Position numbers and translations under genes: made by a program. From a virus (lineage: Duplodnaviria > Heunggongvirae > Uroviricota > Caudoviricetes), in IMG/VR virus record IMGVR_UViG_3300032007_003791: a DNA stretch of 31,004 nucleotides, one strand, 5' to 3'. A model generated the notes under the pieces. It was not told the origin of the DNA. It saw nothing but the letters and a program-made list of their open reading frames with translations, and searched no databases. Of this stretch, positions 8,054 to 17,382 are shown piece after piece (the stretch's first letter is position 1; each line of letters starts with the position of its first letter).

Positions 8054-9727
8054 ATGTTGGCACGGAGGCGGACATATTCCCTACTTTTCGCGGTTGCACT
8101 CTTGAGCGCAACCGCGTGCGAGCGGACCGCTCTTTGCCCGGGCGTGGATGGCCCGGACAACGCAATTTCCCTTGCCCTTTCGCTGAAGCATACCGGGGAC
8201 GTCCCGGCGGCCCGGACCAAAATGTCCACCGATATCACCCAGGACGGCACCGGCGCTACTTTCCGGGGAATCGAGCAAGTCTCTGTCATTCCCTTCCAGA
8301 TTGAGGATGCCAAGCCGGTAGAGGCCGGCAGCGCCAGGCTCGGAGACAGGAATGTCGTCATCCAGAATCCGGCCATCAGCCGAAACGGCCTTATTGCAAA
8401 TAATTATTCCCACCTCTACAACGTCGTCCAGGTACCCGTACTGACCAACCGCGTCCTGGCCTATGGAAAAGCCTATGACGCCGGTTCCGCATCCACCAAA
8501 GAGGGAAAACACAAGAACGGCGTATTGATCGCATCCGGCCTGGATGATCCCGATACACCCGGCGACATTTCCTTCAGCCTCGAGTCCATTCTGGAGGACG
8601 GCGAAATGGATAAAATCAACCAGACAGCAGACAAGCTGATTGCTGCGCTCAACGACGTCGTCGCGGTGTTCCAGACATCGGACCTTGCTGACGTTCAGGC
8701 ATTCTTGAACACCTTTACGTTCAAGAACCAGATTATTGCCTGCTCCTGCCCGGCGATTGACCAGCTGGAGTTTTCCTTACTGGCCGCCCTCTCCGAGTAC
8801 CGATGGGACACGCCGGATGTCGAAGCCGTCGCGACCGTCATTGCGGCCGTGATGACGAAACTTTCCGAGCTCCAGGACGCCTACAACCGAGCCGGATCCG
8901 ATTTCCCCGCCTCCTACGGCATCCCGGAAGGCGCCATCGGCATGTGGTGGAACGGGTACCGATACGTGAAGATTATCGACGGCGTGAACATCGCGCTGGT
9001 CCCGACGGACCGGTACTGCTATCCTCCGAGCCTGTGGTACTATGCCAACAGCCCGGTCAAGACCTCTGACAACGACAACGTGAATCAGCAGTATACGCCC
9101 GAGAACACATCCTGGAGCCTCATTCTGTCCCACTACAGCGGATCCAGCGTGATGTCTTCCACCCGGTCCGTCGCCATCGTCGACCAGATGCAATACGGCG
9201 TCGGGCTGGTGGAATTCCGTCTCTCTGCCCCGGGCGTTGATGCCGCCGCGGCCTACGGTTGCCCCCTGACTGGCGTCATCATCGGAGACCAGAAGGATGC
9301 CGATTATAGCTTTGCGCCGAAATCCAACACCGACAGCCGTTTCGTGTACGACAACAACATCAGTGGCATCACGTTGGGCGGCACGTCGCAGTCTTTTCAG
9401 ACCCTGGTGCTCCCGACCGCCATCGGCCAGCCCTTGCACTTCGCACTGGAATTCGAAAACAACACGGGCTCCGAATTCCGCTGCCAGCAAGGTGTCGTCC
9501 GGCCCGGGTGCAAGTTCTATCTGGCCGGCGAACTTACGCCTGACGACGAGTATCCTGCCAGCGTATTCGAACCGGACCACAAGACCATCGTCAAAGTGCA
9601 GGTGGTCAGCCTGGACAACATCTACAATACCGTCCCGGACCTTTGCGACCCGCAATTGGAACTGGGCGTCGTGGCAGAAATGGACTGGGTCCAGCTGGAA
9701 CCGGGTGGCGTAAAACTTCCCTTCTGA
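8054..9727 (+). CDS. Type V pilin-like lipoprotein, paralog of 4674..6983
   Basis: Lipobox ATAC; RTK-M; shares F.GI....IPF, YGKAY, IPEGA, YP..L.YY.NSP, YGV, ALEF.N, FYL.G.L, PDL...Q..LG motifs with the protein at 4674..6983. Confidence 0.65.
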   Translation: MLARRRTYSLLFAVALLSATACERTALCPGVDGPDNAISLALSLKHTGDVPAARTKMSTDITQDGTGATFRGIEQVSVIPFQIEDAKPVEAGSARLGDRNVVIQNPAISRNGLIANNYSHLYNVVQVPVLTNRVLAYGKAYDAGSASTKEGKHKNGVLIASGLDDPDTPGDISFSLESILEDGEMDKINQTADKLIAALNDVVAVFQTSDLADVQAFLNTFTFKNQIIACSCPAIDQLEFSLLAALSEYRWDTPDVEAVATVIAAVMTKLSELQDAYNRAGSDFPASYGIPEGAIGMWWNGYRYVKIIDGVNIALVPTDRYCYPPSLWYYANSPVKTSDNDNVNQQYTPENTSWSLILSHYSGSSVMSSTRSVAIVDQMQYGVGLVEFRLSAPGVDAAAAYGCPLTGVIIGDQKDADYSFAPKSNTDSRFVYDNNISGITLGGTSQSFQTLVLPTAIGQPLHFALEFENNTGSEFRCQQGVVRPGCKFYLAGELTPDDEYPASVFEPDHKTIVKVQVVSLDNIYNTVPDLCDPQLELGVVAEMDWVQLEPGGVKLPF

Positions 9728-9735
9728 CAGGCAGG

Positions 9736-11430
9736 ATGATGAAACGGATGATGCATATTCTACGCGTGGCGGCTGTGCTCTTGATGGCATGGCCATTCGC
9801 CTCCTGCGAGCGCACCCCAGTAGAAGGTCTTCCGGAACTGTCGGTCAGCATCCAAATTCCCGACATGGGCACTACCAAGGCCGAGACCGGCAGCGTCGGA
9901 GCCACAGAGAGTGAGAAGAAATTCACCTCTCTCCAACTGTGGGTCTTCTTCCACGGCGGAGACGACGATGGGAAATTGGTGGGCTATAAGGGTTTCCTCG
10001 GCGGGGAACTTGTGAATACCGGCCTGCAGCATTCTACCATCACCCGTTTCGGGATGCCGCTGAGCCCGAAAATGTTCGAGGCGCTGAGCCAGGAAGGCAC
10101 CACGGTGGACGTCTATGCCGTGGCCAACGTCGCGTCGGTGGTCGTCGGGGCCCTCGGAGAATGGACGACGCGCAGCGAGTTGGAGACCCTCGTCATCAGC
10201 GACGACATCTACCCCACCTTCGGGGCTTCGCCCCTGACCATGACCGTGCCCGCCGCAGGCCTCCCCATGTCCGGCGTGCTCAAGGAGGCCACCGTGACCG
10301 GAGGCTATCCGGTCCTCAACATCTCCACCGTGACCCTGACCCGGGCCGTCTCCAAGATCCGATTCGTCTTCTGCCAGCAGGGGACCCCGGCCACGGACAC
10401 GACGCCCGCCGTCCCGGACAAACCGGCCTGCGTGATCAAGAGCATCTCCTTCGGAGGGACGGCCGAGGGGCATGACTGCCAGATTGCCACATCGGAGAAG
10501 CTCTTTACCAATCAAAAGTACCTGGGCACGGAGAATCTCTTCGACATCACCGGATACTCCCCCCTCTCGACGGTCATCGCCGGGGATCCGCTGATCCCGA
10601 ACGCAGACATCTCTGTCTGCGAGCATCCGGATCAGCTATTGTTCCGCAGCCGGGGGCACGCAACAGAAACGGCCCGGGAATACGAGAGCCGGCTCGACGC
10701 GGCCGTGGCCGCATCGTCCCAGGTCGGTCCCATCTACATCCGGGAGACCGACAAACTCATTTCCGGCACCATTGTCTATAATACCGGGGAAGAAGACTTG
10801 GAGGCGACTTTCTCCATGGAAGCAGAGGACGACAACATCCTGTCCCGCAACCACTCCTGGATCCTGTATGCCTACTTCGCCGAGGCCACCAAGACCCTGG
10901 AGCTCAAGATTGTGGTACTTCCGTGGGACAAAGAGTCCTTCGACTATGGCTACGAGGCCAACACGGTGAATGTCGTCCGCCGTTTCACCATCTCGGAGAG
11001 CCACAAATACAAGAAGTACAAGACCGAGGACGGATACTACGACATTTATTTCTGGCACACCCTGGACGATCAGCCCAACGTCGTCAAGGGAGACATCATC
11101 ATTGCCACGCCGGTGGGCCAGAAGATCCACGTCGTGCCCGTACCCGGTGCGTCCGGGGGTCGCACCCCGATCGAAGGTCTTTTCACCGTCTCGCCCATGG
11201 AGACCGTCATTTATCCGAACGGCACCACGACCGAGAACTGCAAGATCGACTACGAGATTACGTGCAATCCCGGATCACATACGTCCGCAGAGCTGGAAGG
11301 CAATTACATTGACCTCCATTTCTGCGTTGAAATCGGCGACAACGAACGATGGATCGACCTCGACTCCGAGTCCATCGACTATTACAGAATTATCCTCAAA
11401 GAGGATTGGGAACATGGAGGAGAGAACTAG
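9736..11430 (+). CDS. Minor pilin-like lipoprotein
   Basis: Lipobox FASC; TTK-A; VYAVAN, LPMSG, LTRAVSKIRF and LSRNH fimbrillin-like motifs; VLPW strand followed by an extra C-terminal domain. Confidence 0.65.
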   Translation: MMKRMMHILRVAAVLLMAWPFASCERTPVEGLPELSVSIQIPDMGTTKAETGSVGATESEKKFTSLQLWVFFHGGDDDGKLVGYKGFLGGELVNTGLQHSTITRFGMPLSPKMFEALSQEGTTVDVYAVANVASVVVGALGEWTTRSELETLVISDDIYPTFGASPLTMTVPAAGLPMSGVLKEATVTGGYPVLNISTVTLTRAVSKIRFVFCQQGTPATDTTPAVPDKPACVIKSISFGGTAEGHDCQIATSEKLFTNQKYLGTENLFDITGYSPLSTVIAGDPLIPNADISVCEHPDQLLFRSRGHATETAREYESRLDAAVAASSQVGPIYIRETDKLISGTIVYNTGEEDLEATFSMEAEDDNILSRNHSWILYAYFAEATKTLELKIVVLPWDKESFDYGYEANTVNVVRRFTISESHKYKKYKTEDGYYDIYFWHTLDDQPNVVKGDIIIATPVGQKIHVVPVPGASGGRTPIEGLFTVSPMETVIYPNGTTTENCKIDYEITCNPGSHTSAELEGNYIDLHFCVEIGDNERWIDLDSESIDYYRIILKEDWEHGGEN

Positions 11431-14019
11431 ATGATGAAAAGTTGGTTCCATATGCTGATCTTCCTTCCTCTGCTTCTGGCAGCGGGATGCGTCTCCGTCG
11501 TCGAACTCGACACGCCCGCCTCCGGACTGGTGCTGACCGTCCGTTGCGAAGACCCGGAACTGACCAAAGCCACGACTCCCGAGGACGGAGAGACGCGGTT
11601 CAATGAGAACCGGATCAAGTCCGTCGATTTCTTCTTCTATCCCGGCGAGAACCCGGGCAGCAGTGTCGCGGCTGTTTACCACGAACGGATAGATTCTGAA
11701 GAGAACCCCGTCGCATACAGTGGCGGGCGGTGGGAAGCCACGTTCACCCTGGTGCTCAAGCGGGTCGTCGCGGAGCAGATTTTCACGGCAGAGCACAACA
11801 TGAAAGCTACCGTCTACGCCGTCGTCAACTACGCGGAGGCGCTGCCCGAGGCTGCCTCCCGCTCGGAACTCGCAGCCATATCCATCATAAACGATTTTGC
11901 TGCGGAGGAAAACGAATATATTCAGGACAGTTTCCTAATGGACGGCCAGACGGTTATCACCTGCGACGATTCCGCAAGCATCAGCGCAAGCGGGACCATC
12001 CAAGTCAAGCGCTTCGCTGCCAAGCTGACCGCGTCCGTCTCCGTTGCCAGCGAAGTGACGCTGACGCACACCAACCCCGATGACGATCCAGCCGAGGTTT
12101 GGGAGCCAGTTCTGCACACGATGCGCCTCTACCTCGTGGACGGCGTCAAACAGGTGACGCTGGGGACCGCATCCAGCCTCCCCAAAAGCGATGATGTTTT
12201 CTTCTCCTACAGCGCCGAGAGCAGCAAGCGACCCTTCCTCATGGAGAATGGTACGGACGAAGGCACCCCCTATCTGGATCCGACCATAGTCGACGAGAAG
12301 ACTTACTACAACACCTATCCGATGTACTCGTACCCGGTCCAGTGGTCCATCGGTCGGCCGGATTATACCCAGGCCCTGCCGAAGCAGCCCTACCTCAAGC
12401 TGGAGATGGACTGGCGGCGCAAGGAAATAAACGACTATTCCTATGACCGGCGCAAATACTACTATAAGATCGTCCTTCCCTCCAACAGCCTGGAGCGGAA
12501 CAACTGGTACCATTTCAACATCGATGTCAGCATTCTGGGCTCCGAGACCGACGAAAGCAAGGCCGTCCTCACTCCGACCTGCTATATCCTGGACTGGCAG
12601 AACAAGAGCGTGCCTATTGACAAATACGCTGTCATCAGCAAGGCCCGTTACCTTTCGGTGGACACCAATCCAAAGTACCTCAACAACGTGGAGGCCCTGA
12701 GCATCCCCTTCCTCTCCAGCCACGATGTCGTCGTTGTCGAAGGTACCGTAACGGCCCGGCGCCCGTATTACGGCGAAATCACGGACGAAAGCCAGGTGGT
12801 GAACAAATATAACACGAAGTACCACGCCTGGGTGCGGAAAGATGATTCTACGGGAGCTTATTACCTGGAATACAACGGTCAGGACCAAGCGTTCGACGCT
12901 GAGAATAATCCGATAGGAGATTCGGATTACGAACCAGCCAGCTGGCTCAAAAACACGTCCACTACCATAGAGTTCACACACACCCTCCAGAACAACTACA
13001 CCAAAGGCGATTTTGACTACTCTCCCTACACCATTGAGTTTGACATCGTCCACAATGACCTCAAAAAAGGTGTTTACCCCTACGACGAGTACCTGAAGCA
13101 CATCACGATCATCCAGTACCCGGGCATCTACATCGAGTCCTGTCCCAATTCCGACACCGACATCAGGGCCTCAAACAAAAAACCGTCTTATCCGACGGGA
13201 AGTGCTCCTTGGTTGACATATCCCTGGGGCTATGTCTACATAGACGGCGGGCGTTTCATCAGAACGGGGAACGACAATACAGAACCATATAACAAGCTGT
13301 CCACGGCCCATAACAAAAAGGAGTATCAGTGGCGTACCGTGTGGTACACAGGCGGCGGCCGGGACATTTTCAAAATCAATGTGACGGTGCTTCCGAGTGC
13401 AGACTTCATCATCGGCGATCCGCGCACCGACAGCTACGACACGTCGGTTCCCGTGATGGGCTATAGCTTTGTAAAGGACGGCACCACCGCCGCAGACGCG
13501 GTACTTCAGGACAAGTCTGGATATATATCCAACTTTGCCACCGCGAAGGTCGTGGACGGGGATGTGAACACGCCGATGGTCGATACTGAAGAAAGACGCC
13601 CCCTGATGTACTATCGTCCTACGGAGAAATCTTCCCGCACGGAGAAAATGCTTGCACCCAGTTACAGGATTTCCACCAAACTGGGTGGTACGGAGTTCGG
13701 CAATCTTGATGCAAATCAGGCAAAATGGCGCTGCGCCGGATACCAGGAAGATGGTTTCCCGGCCGGGCGGTGGCGCATTCCCACCATGAGCGAGATCAAA
13801 TTCATCGCCCAGCTCTCGTCGAACGGTGTATTTGAGTTTATGTTCGAAGGAAATTACTGGTCCGCCAACGGCGTCGTAAAAGTAGCAAAGCAAGGAGGCT
13901 CGGTTACACCCCAGCCTACCGCCAACGATGCACTCCTCCGCTGCGTCTACGACTCCTGGTACTGGGGCGACGAGCAGTGGAATCCGCGTACTGAATTCGT
14001 ATGGGGGGACAGACCATGA
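11431..14019 (+). CDS. Minor/tip pilin-like lipoprotein with C-terminal C-type-lectin-like (DUF1566-like) module
   Basis: Lipobox AAGC; LTK-A; VYAVVN, VKRFAAKL, LERNNWY pilin motifs; C-terminus CAGYQEDGFPAGRWRIPTMSE...YWS...LRCVYD. Confidence 0.6.
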   Translation: MMKSWFHMLIFLPLLLAAGCVSVVELDTPASGLVLTVRCEDPELTKATTPEDGETRFNENRIKSVDFFFYPGENPGSSVAAVYHERIDSEENPVAYSGGRWEATFTLVLKRVVAEQIFTAEHNMKATVYAVVNYAEALPEAASRSELAAISIINDFAAEENEYIQDSFLMDGQTVITCDDSASISASGTIQVKRFAAKLTASVSVASEVTLTHTNPDDDPAEVWEPVLHTMRLYLVDGVKQVTLGTASSLPKSDDVFFSYSAESSKRPFLMENGTDEGTPYLDPTIVDEKTYYNTYPMYSYPVQWSIGRPDYTQALPKQPYLKLEMDWRRKEINDYSYDRRKYYYKIVLPSNSLERNNWYHFNIDVSILGSETDESKAVLTPTCYILDWQNKSVPIDKYAVISKARYLSVDTNPKYLNNVEALSIPFLSSHDVVVVEGTVTARRPYYGEITDESQVVNKYNTKYHAWVRKDDSTGAYYLEYNGQDQAFDAENNPIGDSDYEPASWLKNTSTTIEFTHTLQNNYTKGDFDYSPYTIEFDIVHNDLKKGVYPYDEYLKHITIIQYPGIYIESCPNSDTDIRASNKKPSYPTGSAPWLTYPWGYVYIDGGRFIRTGNDNTEPYNKLSTAHNKKEYQWRTVWYTGGGRDIFKINVTVLPSADFIIGDPRTDSYDTSVPVMGYSFVKDGTTAADAVLQDKSGYISNFATAKVVDGDVNTPMVDTEERRPLMYYRPTEKSSRTEKMLAPSYRISTKLGGTEFGNLDANQAKWRCAGYQEDGFPAGRWRIPTMSEIKFIAQLSSNGVFEFMFEGNYWSANGVVKVAKQGGSVTPQPTANDALLRCVYDSWYWGDEQWNPRTEFVWGDRP

Positions 14020-17000
14020 GAAGACTGATTGCATATCTTACCGCACTCATTCTGGCGGTTTCCTGCATGGCAGAGCTGGAGCAGGGCGGCACGAGCACGA
14101 ACGGGGCGCTCGAAGGCGCGCCCGTGACCATTACTTTTTCCGTTCCTGACGTTGCGTTGGCCCCCGCCACGAAATCGTTGGACGGCAAGACCGGAGACAT
14201 CACCGAAGAGCCGTACCTGGACCCGGACATGATGTACGTCATTGTCTGCGGCGGCAGCCAGAGCATCAAGTACATCCGGAAAGCGAAGCTCAAGAATTCC
14301 AGGGAAGACACTGTCCCGGAAGACCTTTACCCCTTCCCCGAAGGAGACAGAACAGTCACCTTGTACGACTTCGAGGTCCAGCTGGAGCTTTCCGACCAGG
14401 CCCGCACCATCCATTTCCTGGGCAACGTGGACGAGAACCAGCTGATTTCCGGCTCGTACGCCTATGACAACCTCCCGACCTTGTTGTCATATAGCAACAA
14501 GCAGGCCTACTGGCAGGAGCTGCACGTACCAGGCATTTTCGCCGACTATGACAAGGAAACCGGAGAGCCGATTATGGATGGCCACTGTTACGTTCCGGAT
14601 CCTGCAACCGAGGCTTATTTCCAGTACATTCCACTCATCAGGAACTTTGCCAAAATCCAGGTGACCAACGAGTCTGAGAACTTCCACCTCCACAGTTATG
14701 CCGTCATTTTTTACCCGGAGCGAGGATCCGTCGCGCCCTTCCGGAGCAACGCCCCGCAGAAGAGAAATGGCTTCGACTTCAACGCCAACCTCCCGTCCGA
14801 TTACTGGCTGAGCGGATATGAGAAATGTTCCTTCGAGAACCTGTCGACGGACATCGATTACCCCGGCAACATGCCGGCCGGCGTCGCCTTGAGCGATGTC
14901 GTTCCGGAGGCTTCCGAGTTCATCGATCCGGACTCCAGCAACGGCCGGGTCCTCCTGTATGACCCGAACGACACCGAGAGAGGTTTTTACGTCTACGAGC
15001 GCGGCGTGCCGACCGACAAGATCGGTTCGACGTTCATCATCGTGTGCGGCAAATTCGAAACAGATGACAACTGGTACTATTACCGTCTCGACCTGATGGA
15101 AACGAAGGTCGAAGACAACCAGACCGTCTCCACATACTATCCCATCTACAGGAACTTCCGCTACAACATCCAGTTGCACCGTATTTCCTCTGAAGGTGTC
15201 CTCACCCCGGAAGCTGCCGTCAACTCTTCAACCTCCGAGGACATCTCGGCCGACATTTCAATGCGGCACCTTTCCGACATCTCCAACGGGACCACGCGCC
15301 TGGTGGTCGAGCCCTTCATGACCAGGACCTATAGCGGCCCGGCGGAAGAAGGCGAGTACTATACATTGTATGCACGCTTCTTCAACAGTGTCTATTCCGA
15401 TGAGCCCGATCTCTCCAAAGTCTCCGTCAGAGTGGAGCTGGAGCCGCTGCCCGAAAACGCCAGCGACATCCTCATCCTGTATGACGACACCGGCAAGCGT
15501 ATCGCGTCCGGAGGTTTCTTCTTCCCGGAGGCCAAGACAGTGGGTGGCGTGAAAGGTATCAGGACCATTCGTTTCAACACCGTCGAGCCCGGGGAGAAGA
15601 CCATCACCCAGAAGATCAAGATTATCGGGCACAACCCCCTGAATCCGTATGACCTGCGCCTGTACCGGGAGGTTGAGATCACCTTGCAGAATAAGCAGCC
15701 GCTGACGCTCACGTGCACGAACCCGGTGTCGACTTCGACAAGCGCGTCCATCACCTTGGATCTGACTGTCCCTTCCAGCCTGCCGGAGTCCATGTTCCCG
15801 CTGAAGTTCTACATCGAGCCCGAGGGGATGACCCTGACGCCCGATATTTCGAAGGACGTTAATCTGCCGGTTGTCTCGGGACGTTCGATCGCCACGACCG
15901 AAGCGATAGACAAAGATACCCCGGCATTCCAATACATCAGAACGTTGACCTGGGAGGAGTACTCGAACCTGTCTGGGACTGGTAACCAGCGCACTTTCCA
16001 TTGCTATTTCAAGCCCAACAGGCCGCTGAGCGCCACGACCATCTGGGCCTACAACGAGTATTTCACCAAAGCCCGGGTGTCTTTCAACAACATCCTGCCG
16101 CTTACGCTTACGTGCACGGATCCGGTGCTTGAAGCCGAGGGTGAGCCCATCAGATTAAATATCACCACGTATTCGAATCTGCCGGAATCCATGTTCCCGC
16201 TGCAATTCTACATCAAGCCCGATGCGATGACCTTCGAGATCGCCGGCACGGATCATGGCACGGAAATAGATCCGGATGATGCCGAACGCTTTATCAGGAC
16301 CCTGGACTGGGACGAATACAAGAACCTGCCCGTGAATGAGGAAATGCGCACCTTCTCCTGCGACTTTACGACCACCGTGGCCCAGAGCGCCACGACCATC
16401 CGGGTATCTGGCGAGAATTTCGAAACGGCAAACGTTTCCTTCCATACTAAAAAGAGTCTTCCGACGAATCACTTCTGGGTGTACGCGGAAGAAGACTGTT
16501 CCGTCCAGCTAAACTACGATAATCTTCAGTATAAGATTGATGATGGTGATTGGACTGGATATACAAAAAATAACTCTATAGCGTTGACTGCCGGTCAAAA
16601 GGTCAGTTTCAAGGGCGGCAGTAAGGATAGTAAGAAAACTCGGACAGTTAATGGCGCATTCAAATGCACCGGAGGAAAGTTCAGAGTGGGCGGAACCATT
16701 GCCTCACTCATGGTGGGCGACGATTGTAACGATGTAGGAGCAAGTAAGACCGGCGACACGTTTATTAACTTCTTCAAGGCTCATACCGGCCTGATTGATG
16801 CCTCCGAACTTGAGTTGCCGATGCTTACGCTCGCGACAGGTGCCTATAAGTCGATGTTCGATAGTTGTACGAATCTGGAGCGTGGGCCTCAGATCCTGCC
16901 GGCCACGACCCTGGGCGAGACATGCTACCGTAATATGTTCTACAACTGCTCCGCCCTGGAGAACGCCCCCATCATAGCGGCCACGAAACTAAAGAAGGGC

Positions 17001-17258
17001 GCCTATCAGAGAATGTTCTACGGTTGTAGTAAGGTGAACTATATCAAGATGCTCAGTAAGGAAGATTACCGCGATGACGCATTCTTCTCTGACAACACAA
17101 ACTGGTGCGCCGGCGTCGCGGAAACAGGTGACATCTATCTGGATGCTTCGCTCAAGGATATATACGAACTAGAAGACAAAACAAGTTGGAACAACACCTG
17201 GGGCAAAATCATCCCTGCGGGATGGACCCCCCATTTCGGGCCTGAGACTGAGCCTTAA
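14016..17258 (+). CDS. Large tip adhesin-like lipoprotein with an internal tandem domain duplication and C-terminal BspA-type leucine-rich repeats
   Basis: ATG at 14016 overlaps previous TGA; lipobox AVSC; ATK-S; IHFLGN, LIRNFAKI, YYYRLDL, IYRNFRY motifs; LPATTL..CY..MF.NC..L..AP repeats. Confidence 0.65.
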   Translation: MRRLIAYLTALILAVSCMAELEQGGTSTNGALEGAPVTITFSVPDVALAPATKSLDGKTGDITEEPYLDPDMMYVIVCGGSQSIKYIRKAKLKNSREDTVPEDLYPFPEGDRTVTLYDFEVQLELSDQARTIHFLGNVDENQLISGSYAYDNLPTLLSYSNKQAYWQELHVPGIFADYDKETGEPIMDGHCYVPDPATEAYFQYIPLIRNFAKIQVTNESENFHLHSYAVIFYPERGSVAPFRSNAPQKRNGFDFNANLPSDYWLSGYEKCSFENLSTDIDYPGNMPAGVALSDVVPEASEFIDPDSSNGRVLLYDPNDTERGFYVYERGVPTDKIGSTFIIVCGKFETDDNWYYYRLDLMETKVEDNQTVSTYYPIYRNFRYNIQLHRISSEGVLTPEAAVNSSTSEDISADISMRHLSDISNGTTRLVVEPFMTRTYSGPAEEGEYYTLYARFFNSVYSDEPDLSKVSVRVELEPLPENASDILILYDDTGKRIASGGFFFPEAKTVGGVKGIRTIRFNTVEPGEKTITQKIKIIGHNPLNPYDLRLYREVEITLQNKQPLTLTCTNPVSTSTSASITLDLTVPSSLPESMFPLKFYIEPEGMTLTPDISKDVNLPVVSGRSIATTEAIDKDTPAFQYIRTLTWEEYSNLSGTGNQRTFHCYFKPNRPLSATTIWAYNEYFTKARVSFNNILPLTLTCTDPVLEAEGEPIRLNITTYSNLPESMFPLQFYIKPDAMTFEIAGTDHGTEIDPDDAERFIRTLDWDEYKNLPVNEEMRTFSCDFTTTVAQSATTIRVSGENFETANVSFHTKKSLPTNHFWVYAEEDCSVQLNYDNLQYKIDDGDWTGYTKNNSIALTAGQKVSFKGGSKDSKKTRTVNGAFKCTGGKFRVGGTIASLMVGDDCNDVGASKTGDTFINFFKAHTGLIDASELELPMLTLATGAYKSMFDSCTNLERGPQILPATTLGETCYRNMFYNCSALENAPIIAATKLKKGAYQRMFYGCSKVNYIKMLSKEDYRDDAFFSDNTNWCAGVAETGDIYLDASLKDIYELEDKTSWNNTWGKIIPAGWTPHFGPETEP
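15699..16442 (+). repeat. Two tandem copies of a ~115-133-aa domain inside the LRR adhesin
   Basis: PLTLTCTNPV..LPESMFPLKFYIEP..IRTLTWEEY..RTFHCYF..SATTI (from 15699) versus PLTLTCTDPV..LPESMFPLQFYIKP..IRTLDWDEY..RTFSCDF..SATTI (from 16098). Confidence 0.85.
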
Positions 17259-17272
17259 CAAACTAAGATCTT

Positions 17273-17310
17273 AACAAGAGGTTGACTCAAAAGGTCACCC
17301 TCTTGTTTTG
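17273..17310 (+). terminator. Intrinsic terminator of the pilus operon
   Basis: AACAAGAGGTTGAC-TCAAAAG-GTCACCCTCTTGTT-TTG hairpin 14 nt after the stop codon. Confidence 0.7.
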
Positions 17311-17382
17311 TGCGCGACATCCTGACAGGGGTTATTCCTGTGAGGGGAAAAGGATTGGTTATTCTTTGCGAAGAGAATGAAT

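Noticed and set aside
9643-9735. Upstream start extensions in the ORF track (also 1884, 4668, 14001, 27870, 27965, 30173)
   Set aside because: Downstream ATGs give proper signal peptides or family-typical N-termini and avoid overlap with neighbouring genes or promoters.
17278-17303. GAGGTTGACTCAAAAG as a possible IS1182-like terminal repeat
   Set aside because: Resemblance is from memory only, there is no matching transposase, and the sequence is adequately explained as the operon terminator.
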